Source: Marinobacter sp. (GTDB lineage: Bacteria > Pseudomonadota > Gammaproteobacteria > Pseudomonadales > Oleiphilaceae). Taken from it: DNA of 64,000 bases. The notes beneath the pieces are model-generated. The model was not told where the DNA came from, ran no database searches, and saw only the letters and a program-made list of their open reading frames with translations. Numbering within the stretch: position 1 is the stretch's first letter; each line of letters opens with the position of its first letter. The position numbers were made by a program, and so were the translations under genes. Location of the stretch: contig NZ_JAWOIS010000030.1 of NCBI RefSeq assembly GCF_046484525.1, forward strand, positions 69,118 to 133,117, read 5' to 3'. Below, piece after piece: positions 1-10,402 of the stretch.

Positions 1-60
1 CCGCTACCTGTCGACAGGTGTCTTTCCCGGCGCCTGAACCAGCCAGCAAGAGATTTCAGT

Positions 61-1410
61 ATGAGTAGAAGACGCAGGAAGATTCTGCCCAAGGAGCCTG
101 TGCGCTGTGTGATTGAATCCCTGAGCCATGACGGCCGGGGCATCGCCCGCAATGACGGCAAGACCCAGTTCGTGGACGGTGCACTGCCCGGCGAAACGGT
201 GATGGCGAAAGTGGTCTCCACCCGCAGCAAATTCGACGAGCTGCGAACACTGGAAGTGCTGGAAGCCTCGTCCGAGCGCCAGGAAACTCCCTGTGAGTTT
301 GCCGATCTTTGTGGCGGCTGCAGCCTGCAGCACATGAGCGGCGACGCCCAGATCCGGTTCAAGGAAGACACCCTGCGCCAGCATTTTGCCCATTTCGGGG
401 GCATTGAACCGGAAGAATGGGTGGCGCCCATGCGTTCCGAGGCCAGCCTCGGCTACCGGCGCAAGGCTCGCCTGGGAGTCCGTTTCGTCAAGGCCCGGGA
501 GTCCGTGCTGGTGGGGTTCCGGGAGAAGCGCAACAGCTTCCTGACCGATATTGACCGTTGTGTGGTCATGGATCCGCGCATCGGGGAGCGTATCCTGCCG
601 TTGCGCGAACTGGTGCACAGCATGGATGCCTTCGACCGCATTCCCCAGGTCGAGGTGGCTTGCGGTGACGACATGGCAGCCATGGTGTTTCGCAACATGG
701 ATGAGCTCAGTGCCGGGGACCGGGAAAAACTCATCGCCTTTGGTCAGGCGCAGGACTTGCATATTTACCTGCAGCCCAAGGGGCCGGATACCGTGTACCG
801 GATCTGGCCGGAATCGGCCGGTCGGGACGATGAGCGGCTGGGCTATCGACTGGACGAGTTCGATCTGACCATGCAGTTTCATCCCATGGACTTTACCCAG
901 GTCAATGCGGGTATCAACCGATCCATGGTACATCGTGCGGTCGAGTGGCTGGATGTCCAGCCGGGCGAGCGGGTGCTGGACTTGTTCTGCGGGCTGGGTA
1001 ACTTTACCCTGCCGCTGGCCCGTCGGGGTGGGCAAGTGGTCGGTGTCGAGGGTGACGAGGCCATGGTGGTGCGCGGACGGGAGAATGCCGAACGCAATGG
1101 CCTGGCCAACGTGGCTTTTCACGGCGCTGACCTGCATGGCGATATTACCGGTCAATCCTGGGCGAAAGAGGGCTTTGACAAGATCCTGATCGATCCGCCC
1201 CGCTCCGGTGCCGAGGAGATCTGCAAATATCTGACGGCCTTCGGCGCCCGTCGAATTGTTTATGTCTCCTGCAACCCGGCAACCCTGGCCCGGGATGCGG
1301 GCGTCATGGTACGCAATGGCTACCGCCTGGTGCGCGCCGGTGTGATGGACATGTTCCCGCACACCACCCATGTGGAGTCTATCGCCCTATTCGAGCGGGC
1401 CGATCGCTGA
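61..1410 (+). CDS. rlmD: 23S rRNA (uracil1939-C5)-methyltransferase RlmD/RumA
   Basis: 449-aa ORF. It has an N-terminal TRAM-like region, the Fe-S Cys cluster [14 protein letters not shown], the SAM motif [16 protein letters not shown] and the catalytic-Cys motif [12 protein letters not shown]. The rlmD-relA-mazG synteny matches enterobacteria. Confidence 0.9.
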   Translation: MSRRRRKILPKEPVRCVIESLSHDGRGIARNDGKTQFVDGALPGETVMAKVVSTRSKFDELRTLEVLEASSERQETPCEFADLCGGCSLQHMSGDAQIRFKEDTLRQHFAHFGGIEPEEWVAPMRSEASLGYRRKARLGVRFVKARESVLVGFREKRNSFLTDIDRCVVMDPRIGERILPLRELVHSMDAFDRIPQVEVACGDDMAAMVFRNMDELSAGDREKLIAFGQAQDLHIYLQPKGPDTVYRIWPESAGRDDERLGYRLDEFDLTMQFHPMDFTQVNAGINRSMVHRAVEWLDVQPGERVLDLFCGLGNFTLPLARRGGQVVGVEGDEAMVVRGRENAERNGLANVAFHGADLHGDITGQSWAKEGFDKILIDPPRSGAEEICKYLTAFGARRIVYVSCNPATLARDAGVMVRNGYRLVRAGVMDMFPHTTHVESIALFERADR

Positions 1411-1432
1411 ACAGGATTGAGCGCGGGCAGGG

Positions 1433-3706
1433 ATGTCCGCGACCACGAACAGGAACAACAAGACCGATATGGTAAAAGTTCGCGAAGATTATGCTGTAAC
1501 AGGTGACGGCGACGTCGACATCGAACGGTGCGTCAGCCACATTGCCTCGCAAACCCATCTCGAAGACGTTGACCAGTTCTGCCGCGCCTGTGAGAAAGCG
1601 GCCGAGATCGATCTGCAGGCGTTCCGGGAGGACCGGCTGTGGGCGCCGGGCTCCAGCAGCTTCCGGATCGGACTGGAGATGGCTCAGGTGCTGGCGGAGC
1701 TGCACTTGGATCAGGCCAGTCTGGTCGCCGCTATCCTCTACCGGGCGGTGCGCGAGGAACGGGTTCCGCTGGAGGAAATCCGCAAGGCTTTCGGTGACGA
1801 AGTGGCGGGGCTGATCAACGGTGTCCAGCAGATGGCGGCCATTTCCTCCATCCATCACCCGCTCAAAGGCAATGTCCTGGGCCAGAGCGAAGGCCAGCTG
1901 GATAACGTTCGCAAGATGCTCGTCACCATGATCGACGATGTCCGGGTTGCCCTGATCAAGCTGGCGGAGCGCACTTGCGCCATCCGGGCGGTCAAGAACG
2001 CGCCGGAAGAAAAGCGCATGAGGGTTGCCCGGGAGGTTTTCGATATCTACGCGCCCCTGGCCCACCGCCTCGGTATCGGTCACATCAAGTGGGAGCTGGA
2101 GGATCTGTCCTTCCGGTACCTGCACGAATCGGCCTACAAGAAGATTGCCAAGCTCCTGGACGAGAAACGTCTCGACCGCGAGGGCTACATCCGCCGCGTG
2201 ATCGAATCGCTGCAAACGGAGCTTCGCGGCTCCGGAATCGAGGCTGAGCTTTCCGGCCGGGCCAAGCATATCTACAGCATCTGGCGGAAGATGCGCCGCA
2301 AGGGTATCGACTTTTCCCAGGTCTATGACGTGCGGGCCGTGCGCATCCTGGTGCCGGAAGTCCGGGACTGCTATGCCGCGCTGGGGATCGTGCATTCACT
2401 CTGGCGCCACATCCCCAACGAATTCGATGACTACATCGCCAACCCGAAGGAAAATGGCTACCAGTCGTTGCACACCGCGGTGATCGGGCCCGAGGGTAAG
2501 GTCATGGAAGTGCAGATCCGGACCCACAAGATGCACCAGGAGGCCGAGTTGGGCGTTTGCGCCCACTGGCTTTACAAGGGTACCGACAAGCACAACAAAT
2601 CCGCCGGCTACGACGCCAAGATCAACTGGCTGCGGCAGGTCCTGGAGTGGCAGGAAGAGCTGGGGGATCTGTCCGGCCTGGCCGATCACCTGAAGTCCGA
2701 CGTGGCCTCGGACCGGGTTTATGTCTTTACTCCGGAAGGCCACGTGGTGGACCTGCCCCAGGGCGCGACGCCGGTGGACTTCGCCTACCGGGTTCACACC
2801 GAGATTGGCCATGCCTGTCGGGGTGCCCGGGTCAACAGCCGGATTGTCCCGCTGACCTATCCGCTGAAGACCGGGGATCAGGTATTTATCCTGACCTCCA
2901 ATAACCCGGCGCCGAGCCGTGACTGGCTGAACCCGAGCCTGGGCTATATCCAGACCTCCCGGGCCAGGGCCAAGGTCACCCACTGGTTCAAGCAACAGGA
3001 CCGGGATCGCAACATTATCGACGGCCGCGCCATCCTGGAGGATGAGTTCAAGCGTCTGTCCCTGTACGACGTGGATCTCGAGGAACTGGCCAGGAAAGTG
3101 AACTGCCACAGCTCAGCCGACATGTTCGCTGCAGTCGGGGCCGGGGATCTGCGCCCGACCCACGTGGCCAATGTGGCCCAGCAGATGTTGGAACCCCGTT
3201 CCGGTCAGTTGGACCTGAAGTTGACCACCCAGCGCAGAAAGCCCTACGACACCGAATCGGATATCCAGATTCTCGGGGTGGGCAAGCTCAAGACCCAGGT
3301 GGCGAAATGCTGTAAGCCGTTGCCTGGAGATCCGATCGGTGGCTATATCACCGTGGGTCGCGGGGTAACCGTGCATCGCCTGGATTGCCTGACCTTCCTG
3401 AACCTCAGGGAGTTCGAGCCGAACCGGATCATTGAGGTGAACTGGGGCGGCAAGCCGGCGGCGGTCTATCCGGTGGATATCGAGATTGAGGCCTACGACC
3501 GTTCGGGATTGTTGCGGGATATCACCCAGGTGTTGTCTGCCTCCAAGAGCGATGTGCTGTCATTGAATACCCAGACCAACAAGGACGAGAACACCGCGAT
3601 GATGACGGTTACCGTGGAAATTTCCAGTCTGGAGCAACTGGCGCGATTGCTGGCGCAGATCCGTAACCTGCCAAACATCATCGACGTGAGGCGCAAGCGC
3701 GGATGA
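1433..3706 (+). CDS. relA: GTP pyrophosphokinase RelA ((p)ppGpp synthetase I)
   Basis: 757-aa ORF. The pseudo-hydrolase region is degenerate (AAILYRAVREE where SpoT has an HD motif). It carries the synthetase motif YQSLHTAV..EVQIRT, the TGS region VFTPEGHVVDLPQGATPVDFAY and a C-terminal ACT-like end. An alternative start at 1469 (MVKVRED) is possible. Confidence 0.92.
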   Translation: MSATTNRNNKTDMVKVREDYAVTGDGDVDIERCVSHIASQTHLEDVDQFCRACEKAAEIDLQAFREDRLWAPGSSSFRIGLEMAQVLAELHLDQASLVAAILYRAVREERVPLEEIRKAFGDEVAGLINGVQQMAAISSIHHPLKGNVLGQSEGQLDNVRKMLVTMIDDVRVALIKLAERTCAIRAVKNAPEEKRMRVAREVFDIYAPLAHRLGIGHIKWELEDLSFRYLHESAYKKIAKLLDEKRLDREGYIRRVIESLQTELRGSGIEAELSGRAKHIYSIWRKMRRKGIDFSQVYDVRAVRILVPEVRDCYAALGIVHSLWRHIPNEFDDYIANPKENGYQSLHTAVIGPEGKVMEVQIRTHKMHQEAELGVCAHWLYKGTDKHNKSAGYDAKINWLRQVLEWQEELGDLSGLADHLKSDVASDRVYVFTPEGHVVDLPQGATPVDFAYRVHTEIGHACRGARVNSRIVPLTYPLKTGDQVFILTSNNPAPSRDWLNPSLGYIQTSRARAKVTHWFKQQDRDRNIIDGRAILEDEFKRLSLYDVDLEELARKVNCHSSADMFAAVGAGDLRPTHVANVAQQMLEPRSGQLDLKLTTQRRKPYDTESDIQILGVGKLKTQVAKCCKPLPGDPIGGYITVGRGVTVHRLDCLTFLNLREFEPNRIIEVNWGGKPAAVYPVDIEIEAYDRSGLLRDITQVLSASKSDVLSLNTQTNKDENTAMMTVTVEISSLEQLARLLAQIRNLPNIIDVRRKRG

Positions 3707-4554
3707 GTTACACCATTGACGATCTCAAAATGCTGATGGCCAGGTTGCGGGACCCTGAAACCGGGTGCCCGTGGGACACCAGGCAGACCTATGGCACCAT
3801 CGTGCCGCACACCATCGAAGAGGCCTACGAGGTGGCAGATGCTATCGAGCGTGGTGACTATCCCCACCTGAAGGACGAGCTGGGCGACCTGCTGTTCCAG
3901 GTCATCTTCTATGCCCAGATTGGGCGGGAGGACGGCCACTTCGATTTCGATACCATTGTCGATTACCTGGTGCGCAAGCTGATAAGGCGTCACCCCCATG
4001 TCTTTCCCGAGGGTAACCTGGAGAGCCGCATTGACCCGGATAACCGGCCCAGTGAAGCCTGGATCAAGGAAAGCTGGGAGCGCATCAAGGCTGAAGAGCG
4101 TGCCGACAAGCCCGAGACCGTGGAGTCGGTCAGTCGCCTGGACGGCATCGCCCGTACCCTGCCGGCCATGGCGCGGGCCGAGAAACTCCAGCGTCGGGCC
4201 GCCCGCCACGGTTTTGACTGGCCGGACATCTCGCCGGTGTTTGACAAGCTCCACGAGGAAATCGATGAACTCAAGGAGGCCTGGCAGGCCGCCGAGAGTG
4301 GTGTCGGTGATCGTGATGCTGTCGAGGATGAACTGGGGGATCTGCTATTTGTCTGCGTGAACCTGGCACGTTTCATGAGGGTAAATCCTGAGCAAGCCCT
4401 CAAGCGTACCAATCATAAATTCGAGGCCCGGTTCCGGGCCATCGAGCAGGTGCTGGCGCAGGAGGGTCGCGACATGGACGAGGAGTCGCTTGAGGCGCTG
4501 GATGCTATCTGGCAGGCGGTTAAGGGTGTCGAGAGGGACCGCTCCGGGCGTTGA
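3703..4554 (+). CDS. mazG: Nucleoside triphosphate pyrophosphohydrolase MazG
   Basis: 283 aa with two tandem MazG domains (EEAYEVADAIE..ELGDLLFQV and EEIDELKEA..ELGDLLFVCVNLAR). The ATGA overlap with the relA stop suggests translational coupling. Confidence 0.92.
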   Translation: MSYTIDDLKMLMARLRDPETGCPWDTRQTYGTIVPHTIEEAYEVADAIERGDYPHLKDELGDLLFQVIFYAQIGREDGHFDFDTIVDYLVRKLIRRHPHVFPEGNLESRIDPDNRPSEAWIKESWERIKAEERADKPETVESVSRLDGIARTLPAMARAEKLQRRAARHGFDWPDISPVFDKLHEEIDELKEAWQAAESGVGDRDAVEDELGDLLFVCVNLARFMRVNPEQALKRTNHKFEARFRAIEQVLAQEGRDMDEESLEALDAIWQAVKGVERDRSGR

Positions 4555-4690
4555 GAACCTGTCTTCGGTAAGTACAATCCGTTACCAATCAGGTGGTTCC
4601 CAAACCCGAGGCTTCGTCTACACTTCCGGTAACGGACGCACGACTACAGTGCGCCGGATGCTATCAATAAGATGCAGGAGTGCAGGCACC

Positions 4691-5035
4691 ATGAAAATCA
4701 AAGATCTGGTCAACTACTGGGATAAGCACGCACGGGGACGGCTGACCCGAGACGCCTATTTTATGGCGCTGTCTGACCAGCATCACAAGCGACTTGAGAA
4801 ACTTGCTGCGCTCTACCCGATGAAGTCGCCGCAGGACCTGATGCGGGATCTGATCTCCGCTGCGCTGGATGAGCTGGAAACCAGCTTTCCGTACGTTCAG
4901 GGTACCCGGGTGGTGGCTTACGATGAAGATGGTTTCGAGATCTACGAGGATCAGGGGCTGACCCCGAAGTTTGTCAGCCTGAGCCAGAAGCACATCCAGC
5001 GCCTCAAGGCCCGCCAGCTGGAATCCGTGGCCTGA
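4691..5035 (+). CDS. Small conserved hypothetical protein, ribbon-helix-helix-like, paralog of 5113..5346
   Basis: The internal ATG at 4691 is preceded by AGGAG at 4676-4680. The upstream part of the 4490 ORF overlaps mazG and looks non-coding. The protein aligns along its length with the neighbouring 77-aa ORF, sharing MK..DL..W.K, LA.LYP and D.I.AALD.L. Confidence 0.6.
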   Translation: MKIKDLVNYWDKHARGRLTRDAYFMALSDQHHKRLEKLAALYPMKSPQDLMRDLISAALDELETSFPYVQGTRVVAYDEDGFEIYEDQGLTPKFVSLSQKHIQRLKARQLESVA

Positions 5036-5067
5036 CCACGGGAAGAATTCCAGCCTGAATTGCTTTT

Positions 5068-5093
5068 CCGGAGTGGTGCTTTAACCACTCCGG
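5068..5093. terminator. Hairpin between the two convergent small ORFs
   Basis: The stem ccggagtggt (5068-5077) pairs with accactccgg (5084-5093) around a 6-nt loop. There is no strong U-run, so this may be a stabilising or bidirectional stop structure. Confidence 0.45.
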
Positions 5094-5112
5094 CATGAAT
5101 CCCTGCCCCTGT

Positions 5113-5346
5113 TTACTTATCCTTGCTTTCCAGCTTGTCTTTGATCGGGCTCTGACGCACCAGGTCGTCCAGCGCAGCGCCGATCATGTCATTCAGAATG
5201 TCGGCCTCGGTACGATCCGGGTATAGTTCCGCCAGGGCGGCAATCCTGGCGGCATCCTCCAGTGGCAAGCGGAGGTTGTAGTCGTGGGTGCGTTCCACGG
5301 GTTTTTTGTCTTTTTCCCAGTGCCTGGGAAGATCAGTTACTTTCAT
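5113..5346 (-). CDS. Small conserved hypothetical protein, ribbon-helix-helix-like, paralog of 4691..5035
   Basis: The ATG at 5346 is preceded by AAGGAG about 7 nt upstream on the minus strand. The 77-aa product contains YNLRLPLEDAARIAALAELYPDRTEADILNDMIGAALDDLV, which fits a beta-strand/helix/turn/helix pattern. Confidence 0.65.
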   Translation of the reverse strand: MKVTDLPRHWEKDKKPVERTHDYNLRLPLEDAARIAALAELYPDRTEADILNDMIGAALDDLVRQSPIKDKLESKDK

Positions 5347-5449
5347 GAATACTCCTTGCGACCACAAGCGGTTACGCCAATAGACTTTCTCGGCTGATTC
5401 TTAGTATCGTAAGTTTACTTCGCCTCCGTCAATTCAAAAGGACGTCAAT

Positions 5450-8095
5450 GTGACTGAGCTACATCCGGATCTGCGCGAAAACGTACGCATGCTGGGCGAA
5501 CTGCTGGGGCAGAGCATCCAGCGTTACCCCGGCCAGGACTGCTACGACCTGATCGAGGAAATACGGGCGGCGGCGAAAGCCGATCGCCGGCAGGAGAGCG
5601 GCTCCGGCCAGCGACTGGTGAGCCTGCTGAGAAAGCTTGGCGACGATGAGCTGCTGCCAGTCACAAGGGCCTTCAACCAGTTTCTCAACCTGGCCAACCT
5701 CGCCGAGCAGTACCATGGTATCCGCCGCAAGCGTGGGCACCAGTCCGATTTGATGGTGGAATCCCTGGAGGAAGTGTTTGACCGGCTCAAATCCGGGGGT
5801 GTGCCCGCGGAGGAGCTTCACCGCCGGGTTGCCGACCTGCGCATCGAGTTCGTGCTCACCGCCCATCCCACCGAGGTGGCCCGCAGAACCCTGATCATGA
5901 AGTACGACGAGATGTCCGACTGCCTGTCCCAGCTGGATCATGATGATCTCATGCCGGCAGAGCGGGACGAGATCGTCACGCGATTGTCCCGTCTGATTGC
6001 CGAGGCCTGGCATACCGATGAGATCCGCCATGAGCGGCCGACGGCGGTGGATGAGGCCAAATGGGGATTTGCCGTCATCGAAAACAGCCTCTGGCAGGCA
6101 CTGCCGGACTTTCTGCGCAGTCTTGATATCTCCCTGTCCGACGCCACTGGCAAGGGTTTGCCACTTCAGGTGTCACCCATCCGTATCGCCTCCTGGATGG
6201 GGGGTGACCGGGATGGCAACCCGAATGTGACCCACGAAGTGACCCGTACGGTGTTCCTGCTCGGTCGGTGGATGGCAGCGGATCTGTTCCTGCGGGACAT
6301 CCAGTCACTGCGGGCCGAGCTATCCATGTGGCAGGCCAGTGACGAACTGAAAACAGTGGTCGGCGAGTCCCGGGAACCCTATCGCCAGGTGCTGGCGGAA
6401 CTCCGGGAACGGCTGGTGAAAACCCGTGACTGGGCCGAGGCGAAGGTGCATGGGCAACCGGCGGATGCGGAGGGCATCCTGTTCGAGAACGAGGCCCTCA
6501 CCGGGCCTCTGGAGCTCTGCTACCGTTCCCTGATCGACTGCGGCCTGGAAACCATTGCCAACGGGCCCTTGCTGGATACCATCCGGCGTGCCCACACTTT
6601 TGGCCTGCCGCTGATCCGCCTGGATATCCGGCAGGAGGCCTCCCGCCACGCCGAGGCCGTGGCTGAAATGGTCGACTACCTTGGCCTCGGCGACTACACG
6701 AGCTGGACCGAGGACGAGCGCCAGGCCTTCCTGGTCAAGGAGCTTCAGGGTCGCCGGCCGCTGGTACCCCGGAACTGGGAGCCATCGGATAACGTCCGGG
6801 AGGTGCTGGCCACCTGCGAAGTGGTGGCAGCACAGACGCCCGAAGCACTCGGTTCCTATGTTATCTCCATGGCCAGCAAGCCCTCGGATGTGCTGAGCGT
6901 GATCCTGCTATTGCGGGAAGCGGGCATGAAGTTTCCGATGCGGGTGGCGCCCCTGTTCGAAACCCTGGATGACCTTCGGGGTGCCCCGGATGCCATGGCC
7001 GCCCTGTACGAGGTGGACTGGTACCGGGAGTACTGCCAGGGTCGCCAGGAAGTGATGATCGGCTACTCTGATTCATCCAAGGATGCCGGTCAGCTGATGG
7101 CCGCCTGGGCCCAGTACCAGGCCCAGGAAAAGCTGACCCGCGTGGCCAGTCAGTACGGTGTTCACCTGACCCTGTTCCATGGTCGCGGAGGCACCGTCGG
7201 GCGGGGCGGTGGCCCCGCCAATCGCGCCATCCTGTCCCAGCCGCCAGGATCGGTGAACGGAAGTTTCCGGATCACGGAGCAGGGTGAGATGATCCGCTTC
7301 AAGTTTGGCCTGCCACGTCTGGCGGTCCAGAGCCTGACCCTTTACAGTACAGCCGTAATCGAGGCGACCCTGGCACCACCCCCCGAGCCCGAGGACAGTT
7401 GGCGGGAGACCATGGACTGGCTGACCGAACGGTCATTGAAAGCCTATCGGGATGTGGTTCGTGAAAACCGTGACTTTGTGCCGTATTTCCGCCAGGTGAC
7501 GCCCGAGCAGGCACTGGGCAAACTGGCCCTGGGCAGCAGGCCGGCCCGGCGCAAGGCTTCTGGAGGGGTGGAGAGTTTGCGGGCGATTCCCTGGATTTTC
7601 GCATGGACCCAGATGCGTCTGATGCTGCCAAGCTGGCTGGGCAGCGATGTGGCACTTGAGGACGCGGCCGGGGAAAAACGACTGCCGGAACTTCGGGAGA
7701 TGATGCGGGGCTGGCCGTTTTTCCGCACCTATGTTGATATGTTGGAAATGGTGCTGGCAAAAGCCGATCTTCGGATTGCCAGCTATTATGAGCAGACACT
7801 GGTCGAGGAACCGGCGCTGCAGACCCTCGGGGCAGGCTTGCGCGAACGTCTTGCCGGCTGTATCACCCATGTTCTGGAGCTCAAGGAGCAGCAGGAGCTG
7901 TTGGAGCAGGAGCCGGTCTTTGCCCATTCAATGAAGGTTCGCAATCCCTACACCGACCCCCTGCATTACCTGCAGGCTGAACTCCTCAGGCGAGATCGGG
8001 AGAGTGAAGGCAAAGGCGAAGTGCCGGAAATGGTGGAAAGGGCCTTGAAGGTGACCATGGCGGGCATTTCGGCCGGCATGCGTAATACTGGCTGA
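5450..8095 (+). CDS. ppc: Phosphoenolpyruvate carboxylase
   Basis: 881 aa with a GTG start. Motifs present are VLTAHPTE, GYSDSSKDAG, FHGRGGTVGRGGGP and the C-terminal MRNTG. Confidence 0.95.
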   Translation: MTELHPDLRENVRMLGELLGQSIQRYPGQDCYDLIEEIRAAAKADRRQESGSGQRLVSLLRKLGDDELLPVTRAFNQFLNLANLAEQYHGIRRKRGHQSDLMVESLEEVFDRLKSGGVPAEELHRRVADLRIEFVLTAHPTEVARRTLIMKYDEMSDCLSQLDHDDLMPAERDEIVTRLSRLIAEAWHTDEIRHERPTAVDEAKWGFAVIENSLWQALPDFLRSLDISLSDATGKGLPLQVSPIRIASWMGGDRDGNPNVTHEVTRTVFLLGRWMAADLFLRDIQSLRAELSMWQASDELKTVVGESREPYRQVLAELRERLVKTRDWAEAKVHGQPADAEGILFENEALTGPLELCYRSLIDCGLETIANGPLLDTIRRAHTFGLPLIRLDIRQEASRHAEAVAEMVDYLGLGDYTSWTEDERQAFLVKELQGRRPLVPRNWEPSDNVREVLATCEVVAAQTPEALGSYVISMASKPSDVLSVILLLREAGMKFPMRVAPLFETLDDLRGAPDAMAALYEVDWYREYCQGRQEVMIGYSDSSKDAGQLMAAWAQYQAQEKLTRVASQYGVHLTLFHGRGGTVGRGGGPANRAILSQPPGSVNGSFRITEQGEMIRFKFGLPRLAVQSLTLYSTAVIEATLAPPPEPEDSWRETMDWLTERSLKAYRDVVRENRDFVPYFRQVTPEQALGKLALGSRPARRKASGGVESLRAIPWIFAWTQMRLMLPSWLGSDVALEDAAGEKRLPELREMMRGWPFFRTYVDMLEMVLAKADLRIASYYEQTLVEEPALQTLGAGLRERLAGCITHVLELKEQQELLEQEPVFAHSMKVRNPYTDPLHYLQAELLRRDRESEGKGEVPEMVERALKVTMAGISAGMRNTG

Positions 8096-8140
8096 CCTGG
8101 CGCCAGCTGATCGCCAGACGTAGACAGAGGAGTACCGGAT

Positions 8141-9511
8141 GTGGCGCTTGCTGCCAAGCTGGAGCACTATCTGACAGAAAGGGGACTGGCCTTTCGGGAG
8201 GTGGCTATAGAGCCAGCTCCCAACCTCGACGCGGCGGTGATCGCGTCAGGCAGGTCCCAGCATGACTTTGTCCAGGCGACACTGTTACTTGACATTGACG
8301 GCGTGGTCATGGCTGTTCATCGGTTTGACAGCACGCTTGATCTGCCGGCGGTCCAACAACTGACCGGCCGGCGGCTGCAGCCCTTGACGGCGCGACAGAG
8401 CCGACGGATCTTTGAAGACTGCGAGCCGGGATTCGTGCCGCCGGTGGGTTGCGCCTATTGTGTACCGGTTCTGGTGGACGAGGATGTCATGGATGCGGAG
8501 TCGGTGCTGCTGTCCGGGGGGCGGAACGACGCCCTGATCGAACTGGACAGGGAAACTCTGAAAATCCTGCTGGCGGACGCGTTCCGGGCCCGCCTGGTGA
8601 TTCATGGTCAAGGCGGGGACGACCGAGGGGGCCTGACTCTGGACGAGATTGCGTCGAAATTACGGGACATATACCGGCTCCCCCCCATGCCCGCACTCGC
8701 ACCCCAGATACTGACGATGGCAACGACGGACGGTGCGGTTGCCGAGGACCTCGCTGAAATCATTGAGCTTGACCCCAGTCTGACGGCCCAGATACTGCGA
8801 TATGCCCGTTCCGGCCTGTTCGAGAGGTCTGGTCAGACAAGCAGCGTGCGGCATGCTGTCACGGGGATTCTCGGCAAACACCGGGTAGCGCATATCGTGC
8901 AGGGTAGTGCCCTGGTTGGTGATTTTTCTGTTCCCCGGGATGGCATCCTCGGCATGCAGTCATTCTGGTCCCATGCCCTCTATTGCGCATTCCTGAGCCA
9001 ACGGATTGCCCCCCGCTGTGGTGCAGACCGGGATATGGCCTATCTGTGCGGATTGCTTCACAACTTTGGCCTGCCATTACTCGGGTATCTTTTTCCGTCG
9101 GAATTCGAGGAACTCAGTCGGCTCCGGGAAGCCAACCCTGGAGCCAGCATGAAATCCCTGGAAAAGCAGGTATTCGGGCATGGCGACGATGAGGACTTGC
9201 TGGCGGTGGGTCACGGTGCCATTGGCGGTCTTCTCCACCGGTTCTGGCAGTTGCCCGAGCCGGTTATCAAGGCGGCCGGCATGCATCAGTACCAGGGCTA
9301 TACCGGTGAGCATGAGACCTATGTACGGATTGTGCAGTTGGCCAACGGATTGCTGAAAGCCAGGGGGATAGGGGATGAGTTCAACGAGGATAACGTCCCG
9401 GTCCTGCTTGGTTCCCTTGGCCTGAGGCAGGATGCGGTGTACGACTTCGAGAACGAGATCGACAGCCTGTCACCCGACCTCGACGCACTGACTTCTTCAC
9501 GCCCATCCTGA
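8141..9511 (+). CDS. Fusion protein: YbaK/ProX-like (aminoacyl-tRNA deacylase fold) N-domain plus HDOD domain
   Basis: GTG start with AGAGGA 9 nt upstream. The N-terminal ~150 aa follow a YbaK-like pattern (GFVPPVG, VLLSGGRNDALIEL). The remainder is HDOD-like (LPPMPALAPQILTM..LAEIIELDPSLTAQILRYARSGLF, HNFGLPLLG). Confidence 0.75.
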   Translation: MALAAKLEHYLTERGLAFREVAIEPAPNLDAAVIASGRSQHDFVQATLLLDIDGVVMAVHRFDSTLDLPAVQQLTGRRLQPLTARQSRRIFEDCEPGFVPPVGCAYCVPVLVDEDVMDAESVLLSGGRNDALIELDRETLKILLADAFRARLVIHGQGGDDRGGLTLDEIASKLRDIYRLPPMPALAPQILTMATTDGAVAEDLAEIIELDPSLTAQILRYARSGLFERSGQTSSVRHAVTGILGKHRVAHIVQGSALVGDFSVPRDGILGMQSFWSHALYCAFLSQRIAPRCGADRDMAYLCGLLHNFGLPLLGYLFPSEFEELSRLREANPGASMKSLEKQVFGHGDDEDLLAVGHGAIGGLLHRFWQLPEPVIKAAGMHQYQGYTGEHETYVRIVQLANGLLKARGIGDEFNEDNVPVLLGSLGLRQDAVYDFENEIDSLSPDLDALTSSRPS

Positions 9512-9697
9512 CTGCCCGCCGAGCCTCTGCAACCGTCCGGTAATGCTGCTTTTCGGTGCATGATACTGAGGTCGACTTTCTATGGGGAGGCCGACTTCGT
9601 ATAATGCGCGTTCGCCGTTCCGGGCTGTCATCTGTCCCGCAGAGAGAGGTTGTCGCAAAGGCAGGCGTTTTTGCCACAGCTTTTCGAACGATAATGA

Positions 9698-10372
<675 letters not shown>

Positions 10373-10402
10373 TTTATCATTGATGTCGAGGCGTTCACTG
10401 CC

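Noticed and set aside
4-1371. A 455-aa ORF antisense to rlmD.
   Set aside because: This is a typical high-GC shadow ORF. The product is low-complexity and rich in Arg, Gly, His and Ala with no recognisable motif. The sense strand encodes a complete, motif-bearing RlmD.
4490-4690. N-terminal extensions of track ORFs (4490-4690, 14442-14540, 29761-29910, 34581-34862, 54184-54414 and 63580-63660).
   Set aside because: The extensions overlap neighbouring genes or intergenic REP and promoter regions and have non-protein-like composition. Most of the chosen internal ATGs have clear Shine-Dalgarno sequences and give native-looking N-termini or signal peptides. The exceptions are 14541 (weak RBS, chosen for the typical NudC N-terminus) and 54415 (chosen because the extension overlaps the neighbouring gene).
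4691-5346. A toxin-antitoxin module downstream of mazG.
   Set aside because: Both ORFs are paralogs of the same antitoxin-like (RHH) type and are convergent rather than co-transcribed. No toxin-sized ORF with a PIN, RelE or MazF-like pattern is adjacent.
9560-9610. A promoter for adk with a perfect TATAAT at 9599-9604.
   Set aside because: The best -35 candidates at 16-18 nt spacing (tttcta, ttctat) match TTGACA poorly. A single hexamer match is expected by chance, so it is not reported as a feature.
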